Shown: piece after piece, positions 24,287 to 35,484 of the stretch
Position numbering within the stretch: the stretch's first letter is position 1
How the letters are laid out: each line of letters opens with the position of its first letter
Source of the DNA: Massalongia carnosa
Lineage: Eukaryota
Assembly: GCA_965645245.1 (NCBI GenBank)
Contig: OZ287070.1
Span: 2,108,001-2,172,000, forward strand
Direction: 5' to 3'
DNA: 64,000 nt
Notes under the pieces: generated by a model
Databases searched by the model: none
What the model was told of the DNA's origin: nothing
The model's input: only the letters and a program-made list of their open reading frames with translations
Program-made: the position numbers and the translations under genes

Positions 24287-24446
24287 TTGACGAAAAATAG
24301 AGCGGGCAAGGGCGAAGGAGCTGGGGATGGCAGTGACTATATTCTACAGCTACGAATTTCAGTACTAGAGCAGGTGACAATGCATAGTTATCACATAGAC
24401 GGTGAGGGAAGTTTGGCTGGTTGGTCGTTGTTTTCGCTAAATTTTG
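24287..24446 (-). repeat. Right long inverted repeat of element A
   Basis: Reverse complement of 20835-20994. Ends 22 bp before the ATG at 24264 on the minus strand. Confidence 0.93.
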
Positions 24447-24460
24447 TTTGTAAGCGACAG

Positions 24461-24570
24461 TAAAAAAAAAAAAAAAAATAAGCGACAGAATTGGACCACA
24501 CACCAGAATTTGGTGCAGTAGCTAATAGCCCTCCTCCCCTTCACACTGCCCTTTGCAGTCTATAGGATAA
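24461..24570 (+). repeat. Inner part of the left TIR of element B, displaced by element A
   Basis: TA-polyA-TAAGCGACAGAATTGGACCACACACCAGAATTTGGTGCAGTAGCTAAT..GCAGTCTATAGGATAA is the imperfect reverse complement of 26876-26979. Confidence 0.9.
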
Positions 24571-24635
24571 TATGGTTAATGATATCCTTTTGATTGTCGT
24601 TTGTATGAACTTTCAACGTAGTTATTCCAGTCATC

Positions 24636-25453
24636 ATGCCTCGAAAACAGCCTCCTAAACAGCCTTCAAAACAGCCCCCCAAACAGCCCTCCAAACAATC
24701 ATGAAAACGGGCATCTACTACTGAATTACCTAGGAACTCAGCACCTTCATTTAAACAAAGGCTTAGAATCAATCCTCCCTAGATCATCATCACCAAGTTT
24801 AAATGCTCGTATTCCTGATCTTCCATCACGTCCACCTTTACCATCTCCTCCAGCTTCTCCTTCGGCTTCGCCTTTACCTCCTCATCGTCTCCTCCTCCCC
24901 GAGCCAAGGAATGTCCGTCCGACTCGCAGTAGTACGCCTTCTCCTTGTCTTTCTGAGCTATCTAGTGCTCCTGAACCTGAGCCTGAGCCTGAGCCCGAGC
25001 CTGTTTTGTTTACTCTGATTTACAAACCAAACCATTCAGCAGTGGAAAGGTACTGTTTATGAGGAAAAATGGGAGAAAATGGGAATCGAACCTGGCATCG
25101 GCATACGTTTGGCTCGCGATGTCAGCAAATTTGCTAGACAATTGAAGCAGCAGTCATCCGAGCACGATTCTGAACCTATAATTGTTCCTCCTCCTCCATC
25201 AGAATCACGTACCTCTAGTCAATCTTTGCCAAAGAATTTCCGGCCAAGCTTCAATGTACGTCCGCTAACTACTGGGACTACACAAAAGGCTTTGAATGAC
25301 GAGGAGGAGGGAGAGGAGAAGGAGGAGGACCTTGACGAGGACGAGGAGGAGGAAGAGGAGGAGGACAATCAGGAGGACGAGGAGGACGAGGAGGACGAGG
25401 AGGATGAGGAGGATGAGGAGGACGAGGAGGATGATACGGAAGACAGTAGCTGA
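24636..25453 (+). pseudogene. Accessory gene of element B, homologous to 22087-23841; carries nonsense codons and an internal deletion
   Basis: ATG 24636 gives MPRKQPPKQPSKQ, with TGA at 24702. After about 25030 it reads QTIQQWKGTVYEEKWEKMGIEPGIGIRLARDVSKFARQL, matching MTIQTLKGIEHQSFWSKLSIPPGIGIQLARDVSKFGRQM of A. It ends in an E/D tail. The central Cys/His region is missing. Confidence 0.82.
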
Positions 25454-25477
25454 TGAGGAAATTGATTTTTATGAGTT

Positions 25478-26812
25478 TTATTCAATACTAGACTGTCGAA
25501 ACAATGCACCTGCATCATGTGAAACATCTTCACTTATAGCCTGTAGTGCTATGAAAATATAGCTTCACTTTGTAGGTATAATAGCATGATTGTCATTGAA
25601 GGTGTGGATTATATGTGAGCTATCTACTCATTATATAGCAGTCACATTGAAGACTTTCCGGCGACCCCCTTTCATAGGGAGTCAGCTGGTCCACTGATTC
25701 TCGGTCCCCAGAGGTCACTTCGGCCCCCGTGGTAGGGTCACCAAAGATAGGCACTAGACGGATGCCCATGATGGTAGTCTAACAGTTCTTACCATCTAAC
25801 ACTTACCCTCTAACAGTTCTTACCATCTAATAACTAGATGGATGTTAGATGTTAGTCCTTACCATCTAACAAGTGCATCTTCTAAAAATCTCCCAAATCC
25901 ACCAGATTCCTCTATATATGAATCAATTAAACTACTGTGACGTTTAATCCAGGCCTTAAGAATAGAGAATGAAGTCTCTATTGGATTAAAATCGGGTGAT
26001 TACGGAGGCAAATGAACCAGCAAAACATATGCATCCTGACACATGATCCTCAATTCCTCACTCCAATGTGTAGAGGCATTATCCATAATCAAAACCGAAC
26101 GAGGACCATTACCTCCAGCGCAGTATGGTAAAACCTTGAGCCTGACGAATTCATTCAGAATATCTGATATTATAGAGCCATGATGCACCTCCCAAGCTAT
26201 GAAACCGTCGATGGTGAACGCTAGTAATATACTCCATCTCTTAGAAAGTTTGAGCGCTTGAATCATGGTCGGTTTGATTCCTGGTGCGGCCCATCCATAT
26301 CGACGATCACCTAAAGTAATAACAATTAGCAAAGAAACTGAAGTTCTTCAAATAGTACTGACCAGTATGCTCGCATGTAGTGCTTTCGTCCAGAAAATCA
26401 ACTGATCAGCCCTCCATCCTCCCAGTCTAATCATCTTCTCATCACGCAAAGATTGGTTGCGTTGTTATGCTATACGAATAGCCATCTTTCGATTCCAGGC
26501 CATCTGTTTAAGAGTTCGAGAAACCGTAGACTCGCTCACCAAAACGTCGAATTCATCATACAAAAACCAGCACATCTCGTCCAAATAAGAGGTAGGTCTC
26601 TGATCCAGATACATGAGTAGTTGCTCGATTTGTTGTTGATTCATTTTCTTGCGCCGGCCAGTAGCAAGCTGAGGTTTTGCAACCTCACTGAAATGTTCCC
26701 AATTATGTCTCATCTTACGTAGTTGTCTAATGCTGACACCAGTAGCATCTTCATCCGATTCCAGTCTGAACTTTATAGCCTTGCGTTTGATGATGCTGAA
26801 TGATCGTCCCAT
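25478..26812 (-). pseudogene. Tc1-family DD34E transposase pseudogene of element B
   Basis: ATG 26812, with motifs YLDEMCWF, LDES, DRRYGWA, LIMDNASTH and LPP*SPDFNPIE. Stops at 26465-67 and 26000-02, frameshift near 26397. Intron 26362-26311 is at the same position and phase as in A. The C-terminus LQAISEDVSHDAGALFRQSSIE* resumes after the insert at 25550-25871. Confidence 0.92.
25550..25871 (-). mobile_element. Solo-LTR-like insertion (322 bp) in the transposase of B
   Basis: Flanked by the 5-bp direct repeat AGTGC (25545-49 and 25872-76). The minus strand starts TGTTAG, ends TTTCATA and has an internal TATATAA. Removing the insert restores the transposase frame. Confidence 0.8.
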
Positions 26813-26875
26813 GTTTGCTTTTGAAACTACGAGGTAGCAAGAATAAAGATCTACATGAAAACACTACATATCATT

Positions 26876-27029
26876 TATCCTACAGACTGCAAAAGGTGGT
26901 GTGAAAGGGAGAAGGGCCATTAGCTACTGCACCAAATTCTGATGTGTGGTCCAATTCTGTCGCTTAATATTTTTTTTTACCGCGCAGTTTCGGGGTTCAA
27001 AGTTCGGCACACCATTTTGCAAACGGGTG
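26876..27029 (-). repeat. Complete right TIR of element B (about 154 bp)
   Basis: The outer 49 bp pair with 20710-20758. The inner ~105 bp pair with 24461-24570. Confidence 0.9.
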
Positions 27030-30000
27030 TATTGATCCAAAGCGATCATCACGTGAGAAATCCATGCTCGGGAAATGGAATATGTATCTGATGGGCTATG
27101 TGTTGTCTCTGTAAGTAATATTTACCTTTCAGATGCTTCAAACCACTTCGAAGAATATATGCGAATGATGATGAAACCGTACACCCCATCAAGATGACGA
27201 GTTTCGGTGCCGCAGAACTAGTTTTTCTTAACCCAGTTATCCGGTGATGAATGTTATCGTTCCTGCAAGTATTTCTCGAGGAAGAAGAAGAATCCGCTCT
27301 CTTTCCACACTCAAAAGTCATCTATAGGAAGGAACGGCACTCCCTTTAGAAGCTAAAGTATGAGATCACCCGGAAACCTCAACTGAGGGACTTTTTATAA
27401 GCATGGTCGATGTTTCCTTCCGGCGTGGAGGAGACACCTTCCAGCCGAGGTTGTGACGTCCGAGGTCTTGCAGAGGAGCGAGATCAAGCTGCCTAAAGCA
27501 CGTTTAGTATTTCTCATGTTCACGATTTAAAAAAAATCTCCTCTATTTCAAAGCCCCAGTGCGCAACAAAAAGTTCTTGTCCGCCTTCGATAGGATGCAG
27601 AAACCGTGATATCAACACGGAACAAAACATAGCCTTGGCGGTGCAGAAGGTCTTACTCTGAAAGCAAACTGAATTACAATCGAAGCTCAATCGGGTCGAA
27701 AATGATACATCTTCACTCGATGCCAATATAGACATGGCTCAGATCCAGAGCTTTTATGGTATTTAAAGAGTAACCAGAGTGCTGTTTCTAAAGGATCGAA
27801 GAAATGAATGACATTGCGTTTTCAAAAAAAAAAAAATTTTACGTGCAATATCCAACGGGGCAACTATTATAAAAAGCTAGCGCAGACTAGATTCTCTGCT
27901 TGCCTACGAGACCCGGGGAAATTCCAAATGATATTTCCCTACGCGTTCGAAGAGGTCTGATACACATGTGTGGACGAGGGTGGAACCAAAATACTCAAAC
28001 TACTCCACTAGTTTAGTTCTCCACCGTGCAATCACTAGTTCGGCTTTGAGACCTGTCGTGGCGTATTAAATGAGCTAGCCATAGATCTCACGATCTGTTC
28101 AACTTTGTGACCTCTTCGTTCGCCGAACATCTCTGACCGAACATCTTGATCTAGATCCACCGGTCTTCTGTGCTCGTCTAGAGCTCTGGTTTAGTTGTAG
28201 ATCGGCTTTCTTTAGGCGGTAGGGTTGGTTTGCGGGGACTGCATGGGAGCTTCTTGAACCACTGGGCGAGGAAAATTCTTGTTGACGATCGTAATTTATG
28301 CAGGAGAGTCTCTTGGCTCATTTGCGAAGCGCAATCTAGAGTTTTCAGCAAACCCTTTGCTAATCATATGTATTGGGCAACGCAAAGTGTTGGGCGGGCA
28401 TTAATTCTCATTGTTTCGGACTTGTAGACCGTTGTGAAATGTGGAATCGATTCCGCCCCTATTCGACTCCGAATAGTTGAAAACTCAAGACCAAAACGTT
28501 GCATTCGAAGAGGGTGTGGTCTTCAAACTCAGCACTTTGGGTCCCGTGATCCTCCTCCTCTTCAGATGGCTAGTCTTCCAAGGTTATCAAATGGGAAATT
28601 TAAAAAAGGAAAAGAATGCTGAGATTGAAAAAAATCAGAATAATATTAAACCCCTAGCTTCCACTTGCCAAGATTTTTGGGATCAACAAGTCTAATATTA
28701 ATCTCGTACCCTATAGAACTTGTTCATATTTTCTTTCTTCATCATCTATTCCCCATCTCTTCTACATACTACCTTCCCTCTATCCTTCTGCGGTTACATC
28801 ACATTGCTACTCCATTTGGCATCAATGGCAGCTAAAGTTTTAAGATATGGTCTAAGCGGGCAACGCAGGAGGATAGAACTGCCTTGCCAAAAGTTTCAGG
28901 ACCAAACGAGAGAATTTTGGTAGCTGGAAATGTTGTGCGTGCAGGTTGAGAGACTACAGCCAAAAAATCTTGAAACCCAACCCTAATCGGAACGCGTATA
29001 TTTTATGGTCGTGCTTCATTCTATCAAGAGCTAGCCTCTTCTATTCTCCGACAAGGAGTCTGACTGTATTCAACAGCGTCTTGATGGTCAACATCTCACT
29101 CCTTCATCTAAATTGGGCTTCGCTTTATAACCTGGGTGTCGAGCGCTCTTCGGCAACTTCTCTACAAGGCTAGTTATTTTCCATTAAAGATAGATGTTCC
29201 TGTTGGAGTACTAGTACAGTCCTACCAGCACTTGCCCTAGGCACAAGCCGGTGAACCCACATACAGTAGTGCACTTCTTTACGGGTGCACCTGGCCCATC
29301 GGGGAACTTAGGCTAAATCGTCAGCATTGTTGGTAAAACCAGTTATCTTTCAATGGTTATAAATTATCTTCTGTCTCCCATTAGATGTGCATCCAAGATG
29401 TCTGTTTTGTATAACAATACCTACGTCTGTCAGTCTAGTTCATGTGACCTCGTATTGCTTCTATTTCTAAGGTTGGCGGAAACACAGCGATCTGCACCTC
29501 GCTGGCGCCGTCACTCTCGCCGGCGCCTCTACCTAGCGCCCCCTTTCGGGCCTTGTGCAGATCGCGGTGGATACTCCCTCTACCTCTGCGGCTGAGACCT
29601 GGAGTGGGTGGGCGGGTCAAAAACTACTATGCAGTGCTAACTCCGAATCCGAGATGATGAGGAGATGTAGGACTGCTTTGGCCCTCTATAGCCTCCATCT
29701 CCCCCCTGTCATCCATCCTTCCCTACCCGACCCCCCGTCGTTATCCGAACCAGCTCCTGGCGGATAACCGTGCAAAACCGAAGAGGTCCGGATTTTGCAT
29801 CACCTGTTGTCCCCGTCATGCGTGGAGAACCGCTGGTAGTCGATCCGCTGGTAGCCGAATCCGCTGGTAGCCGAATAGCATCAGTCCCGCACTAGCTCTC
29901 GCCATAGACGAACTAGTAAGTGAAGCATCTTTCTCAACATTCCGTTGTTGCTATGATTGCCAACAGCTGTAGGGATCCAGGAAATCCAGAGTTTCAATGT

Positions 30001-32222
30001 AGTGCAAGGAAATGATGAAGTAAAGGGAGCCAGAAATGACTAGCATACACTAGTTTTTTGAGTCAGCCAACAATGTCCTGGGTTATAAGTCTCTTTCCAG
30101 ATTGAGCGGATCGTCCAGCAACTAAAATTCCGAAATCCTTTGGAAGCGCTGGTGATAGATGTCTCGAAGAGTGTAATGCTAAGAATTTTACGAGAGTGAT
30201 CAATGAAAGACAAACCTCTTTGATAAGAGCATTACGACTTTTTGGACTAAACAAAATTCAGTTGCGAATCGAAGAAGCGTAAGGGAATACCAAATGAGCT
30301 CATTTCGGGCCGATCTGATGCCACCTGTGCGAACCTTTGGATTAGGACATGTCCCGAATCGACAATGAGAGATGAAGAGACCGACTCGATTACAGACGAT
30401 GATGTGGCACCCTCCAAGCCTCCGTCTTGCCCTATCAGCTAATTGACGAACAAGAAGAGCCGCAAACCTCGCAAAACAGATCCGCAGCCATATTTTTTGG
30501 TCAAATAAAATGTTGGGCTTAGATCAGAGTTCATTGACATGTATCCTCCACCAACAACCCCGCTCTATCGTGAAGATTCTCTTTCACTCATCCGGACAAT
30601 TAACTAAAAACCAATCTGGTAGTAAATCTTTGCCATATCTTCGTCATTTTTTCAACCTCCTACTCATTCTCCCTAGGTTCTTAGGGTTTCTTCATTATCT
30701 TCCTCATAGCTTTATAATCAAGAAAGTTTCTATGAGCTTGGTTCATGAATTCTCCCGAAATCTGTAGATACTAACTGTCTATCATGGTTCAATTTTTAAT
30801 TTCTTTCATATGATACGTCCCTTTTAAGATTAGACAGCGAGAAGACTGGGTCCCTTGAGTCCCAGGTATTCTAAGACGCTTGAGATGTAGGTCGGTTATG
30901 TGGCTTATGATCTATCATCCTCTGTGGAACAAGTAGATGTCTTCGTCGAAAGCAAGATTCGCTCAGCGCCAACAACACTTCTGCTGTCATGAAAGGTTTT
31001 CCTCCCTGGATGCGTATTGCATCAGCTATCACCTTATTTGGCTGTCTTTGCATACTCACCTAGCCTGAAACCTTCTGAACTACCACAAGCGCTTTGATAG
31101 GATGTTTATGAAAGATGACGGGCGCCATTTTCGGTCAATATAGACCGTAGTGCCATGTCAGAAAGGAGATGTTCGCATAACCTTACCTCATCTTCCCCAT
31201 GGGATATAAGGTCCTTCTACCATTGTTCATCGCACTATGCTACCTTGGTTTATTGCTGTAGTAGTCGATCATGAGACGTTAGAGAACATGGAGGCCCACA
31301 GGGACCTCACCGCGGCAAAAACATCTCCATCTGGATTAGCTAATACATATGAAGTCATATTCTACATAAGCCATCCTCTTCTGTGCGATTACCTTCCTGA
31401 CTCTTTTCGCTTTACCAGGAAAGCCGTTTGCACTGAGGCCAGCAATCTCAAAGGTGAACCGATAGCACTTATGCCAAGCTTAAGTGCTCACGCATGCGCA
31501 TGCCAGTTCACGGAGTGATTCCAAATTTCGTTTTGCGAGAGAGCCGCGAGAAAAGTCCACGTTGAATAGCCACGCTGTCTAGGCTTTTCTTCCTTATTCT
31601 ATATTAGATATCTTAGATCATATTTTAGCCTCTTAGATATCGCAATCTTTTCATGGTTCGCAAAAGCGACCTTGAATATTCGATTCGTTAGACTACTTCA
31701 GTTTAATATAGATTCAATAGATGCTTAGCAATCAACCGCACTAATGATATTCATCAAGCCGGAGGCAAGTGAAAGATACTAGGCCGTATGATATGTTGGT
31801 GAAATGCTGTATGCCAAAAAGAAAATCGTGGTCATGATCTTGCTACTCGAGGCATAAAAGGGACATATATACTCGGATACACTGAAAGGAGATGGACTGG
31901 AGGATGTGCGTGCATATCTCTAGATAAAGATCGATTAAAAGACCTTACTGTATGAATCGTGATGTGATTATGTACGCGTTGAAAGTTCTTGTAACTGAAA
32001 TCTTTTGATATCGCACTAGCATGTAAAAACGGAGCTTTGCCGCCCCATAAATCCTGTAACAAATTACACGATTAAATACGGAAGAAGAAGAAGAACCCTT
32101 CCCCAGATTCATTCTTAGTTTTCTATTCTATATCAGGAGCTGCTCCTGCAAAATATGAAAAACAAAACAAGATAAAATCACCAGCCAGCCAGCCAGTCGG
32201 TCATAAGTGTCAGTCAAAGGGA

Positions 32223-33419
32223 ATGGCATCCGCCAAAGCGATCGTTCGGCGGGCTCTTCTATACGGTATGTAACAGGTATTTTCATTTCCCCTGATTAGA
32301 ATTTAATTCCTTTGATATTATTATTGTTGTTGTTTTTTAAAAAAAGAAAAGAAAAGAAAAGCAAGTTCAGTTCAAGAACTGATCGATTGATTGACCGCTT
32401 TCCCCCCAAAAACAGTGCCCGGATCCTCGCCGAAAATGCTGGACAAAACCCAGCACATGAGTGTCGACTGCGTGGCCTACGATCTAGAAGATTCCGTGAC
32501 TCCGGGCAAGAAAGCGGAAGCAAGAGCGAATGTCCGCAACGTTCTACGCCGACGACCACGTGGCAAGGGGGTCGGGGAATATGCTGTGCGGATCAATTCG
32601 GTAGGGAGCGGGTTGGCCGAGGATGATCTCACGGCGGTGGTAACAAAGTTCCCTTGCGCGCCCTATTACCGGCATCACGTGGTAATAATTCATGGCGCCT
32701 TACGTACATAGCTATCGGTGCCTCAGCTAGATACGCTCGTCGTTCCGAAGGTGAACTCGGCCTCTGACCTCGTTTTTGTTACCGACTTGATGAGAAGCCT
32801 CCAACCGCGCAGACATGCCGTTTCTCCATCTGCAGATCCTCAAGAACCCCCGCCCATCAGCATTCTTGCCCTAATCGAGTCTGCCAAAGCCCTATCTGAC
32901 CTGTCGAGCATCTGCAAATCCACCCCCTATCTCTCCGGCTTGATTTTTGCCGCTGAGGATTTCGCGTTGGACCTTTCCTTGACCCGAACGCCCTCTCTCC
33001 ATGAGTTCTTGTACGCACGCTCAGCGATCGTTACTGCATGTCGAGCACATGAGCTGCCATCGGCCATCGATCTCGTATGCACTTCATACAAAGACGCCGA
33101 AGCCCAACGGACGTTGGAAGAAGAGTGCGTTGGAGGTAAAGGGTTAGGGTTCAATGGCAAACAGTGCATTCACCCAAGCCAGATACCGATTGCCCAGAAA
33201 GCTTTCTCGCCTAGTGGGGAGGAGATTTCGTGGGCGGCGAGAATCCTGGCTGCGAACATGAAGGCCGAAACACAGGGTAGAGGCGCATGGACCTTGGATG
33301 GGAGGATGATCGATGCGCCTGTGATTGGGAAAGCAAAGAGCATTGTGGGTAAAGCTGCAGTTTGTGGCATGGATGTCAAAACAGCTCAGGAGAAGTGGAG
33401 CTCTCAGGAACCGGAGTGA
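32223..33419 (+). CDS. Citrate lyase beta-subunit-like / HpcH-HpaI family lyase (CLYBL/citramalyl-CoA lyase-like), 3 exons
   Basis: Exons 32223-32265, 32416-32639 and 32712-33419. Motifs RRALLYVPGS, YDLEDSV, AVRINS, LIESA, IFAAEDF, GFNGKQCIHPSQ and GRMIDAPV. Confidence 0.92.
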
Positions 33420-33940
33420 ATGTAAGACCGCAGCTCGCTAGTAAAACTCAAGCGTAGAGTCACATCGCAAAGCGAAAACACAACGTCTGGAATGTTCTCA
33501 GGGCTTATGAACAATCCACGTTGAGAACACTAGTTGCGGTTCTATTCAATGGTCGCCTATACCTACGCAGGCAAAACGCTCCTCTCCGTCCTTGTCAAAA
33601 GGATTGTGCCGCCCCGACCGTGGGGATTTCGATATCCTTGGTGGGAAGGGAAGAAGGCTGCAGAGCTAATATCAGAGTTTGGGGTCTTGAACTTATGATT
33701 TATGGCCCGTTTTCCCTATATGTATGCGGTAACCCGTTTCGATTTTGGCTTAGCATGGGAGGGAGGGAAGGGGGGGTTGAATCTCGTGGTGTAGGGTCGA
33801 CGCTGTTTCATGACTGCAGGATCTACAAGGTCATCCCTAAGGTCGAATTCTGGTAGGTAGGCTGCTCCAACCTCTCTATGGTGCGTCATGAACGATAAAG
33901 TATTTACTTTCACTACCGTTGAAGTTACGTTAGACACTTG

Positions 33941-35484
33941 TTATGTCCATTTTAACGGCGTGACAAGGTTCCCTTTATATATTGTCAATCGTTCTTTTGG
34001 AGGATCATAGACAATCTCCTGAATGGTGTTTCGTGGCCTTGAGCCTTGAGCCTCCGATTCCCCCTCAGTCGGCTTGCTGCCGAAAATGACGAAATCTGCG
34101 TTCGCACCCTCCTGCAGCAGTGGGGTAGTGGAGGCAAAGCCAATAGCGGCTTTGGCGCGGGAGGATACGCACTCCTGATATACTCATACCGTTTAGCCTA
34201 CGTATGGTGTATCATCAAGGACCTAGACGCGAGGTAGGTAGGGTTACTCACGTAGAGGAGCTCCGTATCTTCCTTAGTGCCAGCTTGATAGAGCCCGACC
34301 CCCATGCTGGCTAATGCCATTGGATCACAGCCCCCCTGCGGCGTAAATGCATTGCCGACGTTGTTGATGCCGATGGAGCCGTTGAGAAAATATTTCCGGA
34401 TCATTTCGGGAATCTGCAAAGTTCCTCGGACCCGTTGGCCACCCCCTTCTTTCTCATCGGGCTTTCCCATCATGTATAAGTCTGATGTGGGGAGGCCGAC
34501 GAAAAAGATAGGTAGATCTCCAATGCGGGTTCGCAAGTAACGCCATTCTTCTGGGTTGAACAGGGTCAAGCGGGTGCAGTGGCTCAGAACAATGGTTTTA
34601 TCCTTCGCATTTGTTTTCCAGTCTTGCGCTTCAGCTGCTTTGATTACGTATTCTACCACCGAGGCTTGTTCGGGGTCAAGGTTGTAATCTAGATGCAAGT
34701 CTAAGTGCTTGCCGTACCTCAGTGCGGTTGACATTGCCCAATCTATGTTAGCACGTGCTAAAACTGCATTGTCTTCCACATATGGAGTGCTTCCCAGGAC
34801 ATCTACGGCTTCCCGCCCCAAGGCCTCCTCAATCAATGTGGCACCACCAGAATTGTTGTTGCCTTTGGAGAGTATGGGCTCCTGAGCAAAAACACATATC
34901 TGAATATTGCAGGAATCTCTATACTCTTTCTTAAGCCTTAGGCACGCGTCAAGACATTTGAACTTGACAGTTGTATCAACTTCAACAAAAGCCCGCATGC
35001 ACGTAACGCCAGCGGCAATACTCTCTGTAACAAGCCAACGGCCTCTGCGCAAGAGGTCGTCATCCTCGAATCTCGACTTCGCCTCAGCGCTCAGGGCAAG
35101 GGCCTCCTGAAAGTCGCCTGTGAGAACCCTCAGATCGGAATATTTAGGATCAGACAGAAGGAAGCATTTATCGAGGTGGATATGGGGGTGGCACAATGAT
35201 GGCGCAAGCACTCGACCCCTCGCATTTATTGTTCCGGACGGATACAATAATTTTCCTGTCGAAGCGTTATGCGGAACTAGGGAGCTAATGGTTCCCGCCG
35301 CAATGTTTATATCCACGAGATTATGCGCTTCTGTCGGTAATCGTACTCCGGTCAGCGTGTGAATGGCCGGTAAGGCAGAATGCGCAGGGCTAGAACCACC
35401 GACGTCTAGCGCATCTCCGAACTGGACCTTGGACATCTCGTACTGAAGATCAATGCCATGCCTTCGGAGGAAATCCGCAGCCAT
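33941..35484 (-). CDS. Metal-dependent amidohydrolase, bacterial-type cytosine deaminase-like family, 2 exons
   Basis: ATG 35484. Metal motif HPHIHLDK, plus GVTCMRAFVEVD, HLDLHLD, LSHCT and GINNVGNAFTPQG. Intron 34251-34175. Exon 2 reads ECVSSRAKAAIG..GANADFVIF to TAA at 33941-43. Confidence 0.9.

Larger units (their letters stand above)
20785..24460 (+). mobile_element. Tc1-like DNA transposon A (3676 bp) with an intact transposase and a convergent accessory gene
   Basis: Ends TA|CTGTCGCTTGCAAA (20785) and TTTGTAAGCGACAG|TA (24460). It also has 160-bp subterminal inverted repeats at 20835-20994 and 24287-24446. Confidence 0.88.
20710..27029 (-). mobile_element. Tc1/IS630-like DNA transposon B (outer element, defective), containing nested element A and a solo LTR
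   Basis: 49-bp terminal inverted repeats CACCCGTTTGCAAAATGGTGTGCCGAACTTTGAACCCCGA(G/A)ACTGCGCG at 20710-20758 and 26981-27029 with 1 mismatch. Flanked by TA at 20708-09 and 27030-31. Contains a DD34E transposase pseudogene. Confidence 0.92.

Noticed and set aside
23882..24463. Plus-strand ORFs of 193, 129 and 71 aa with WDHRRRYGIIVVDMGSSSS repeats
   Set aside because: They are translations of the tandem repeat and the inverted repeat, antisense to the accessory gene.
29830..29877. Three copies of CCGCTGGTAG(T/C)CGA(A)T
   Set aside because: A short local tandem duplication with no associated structure.
32223..35484. Lyase plus amidohydrolase as a metabolic gene cluster
   Set aside because: Only two convergent genes, with no shared pathway evident and no transporter, regulator or backbone enzyme nearby.
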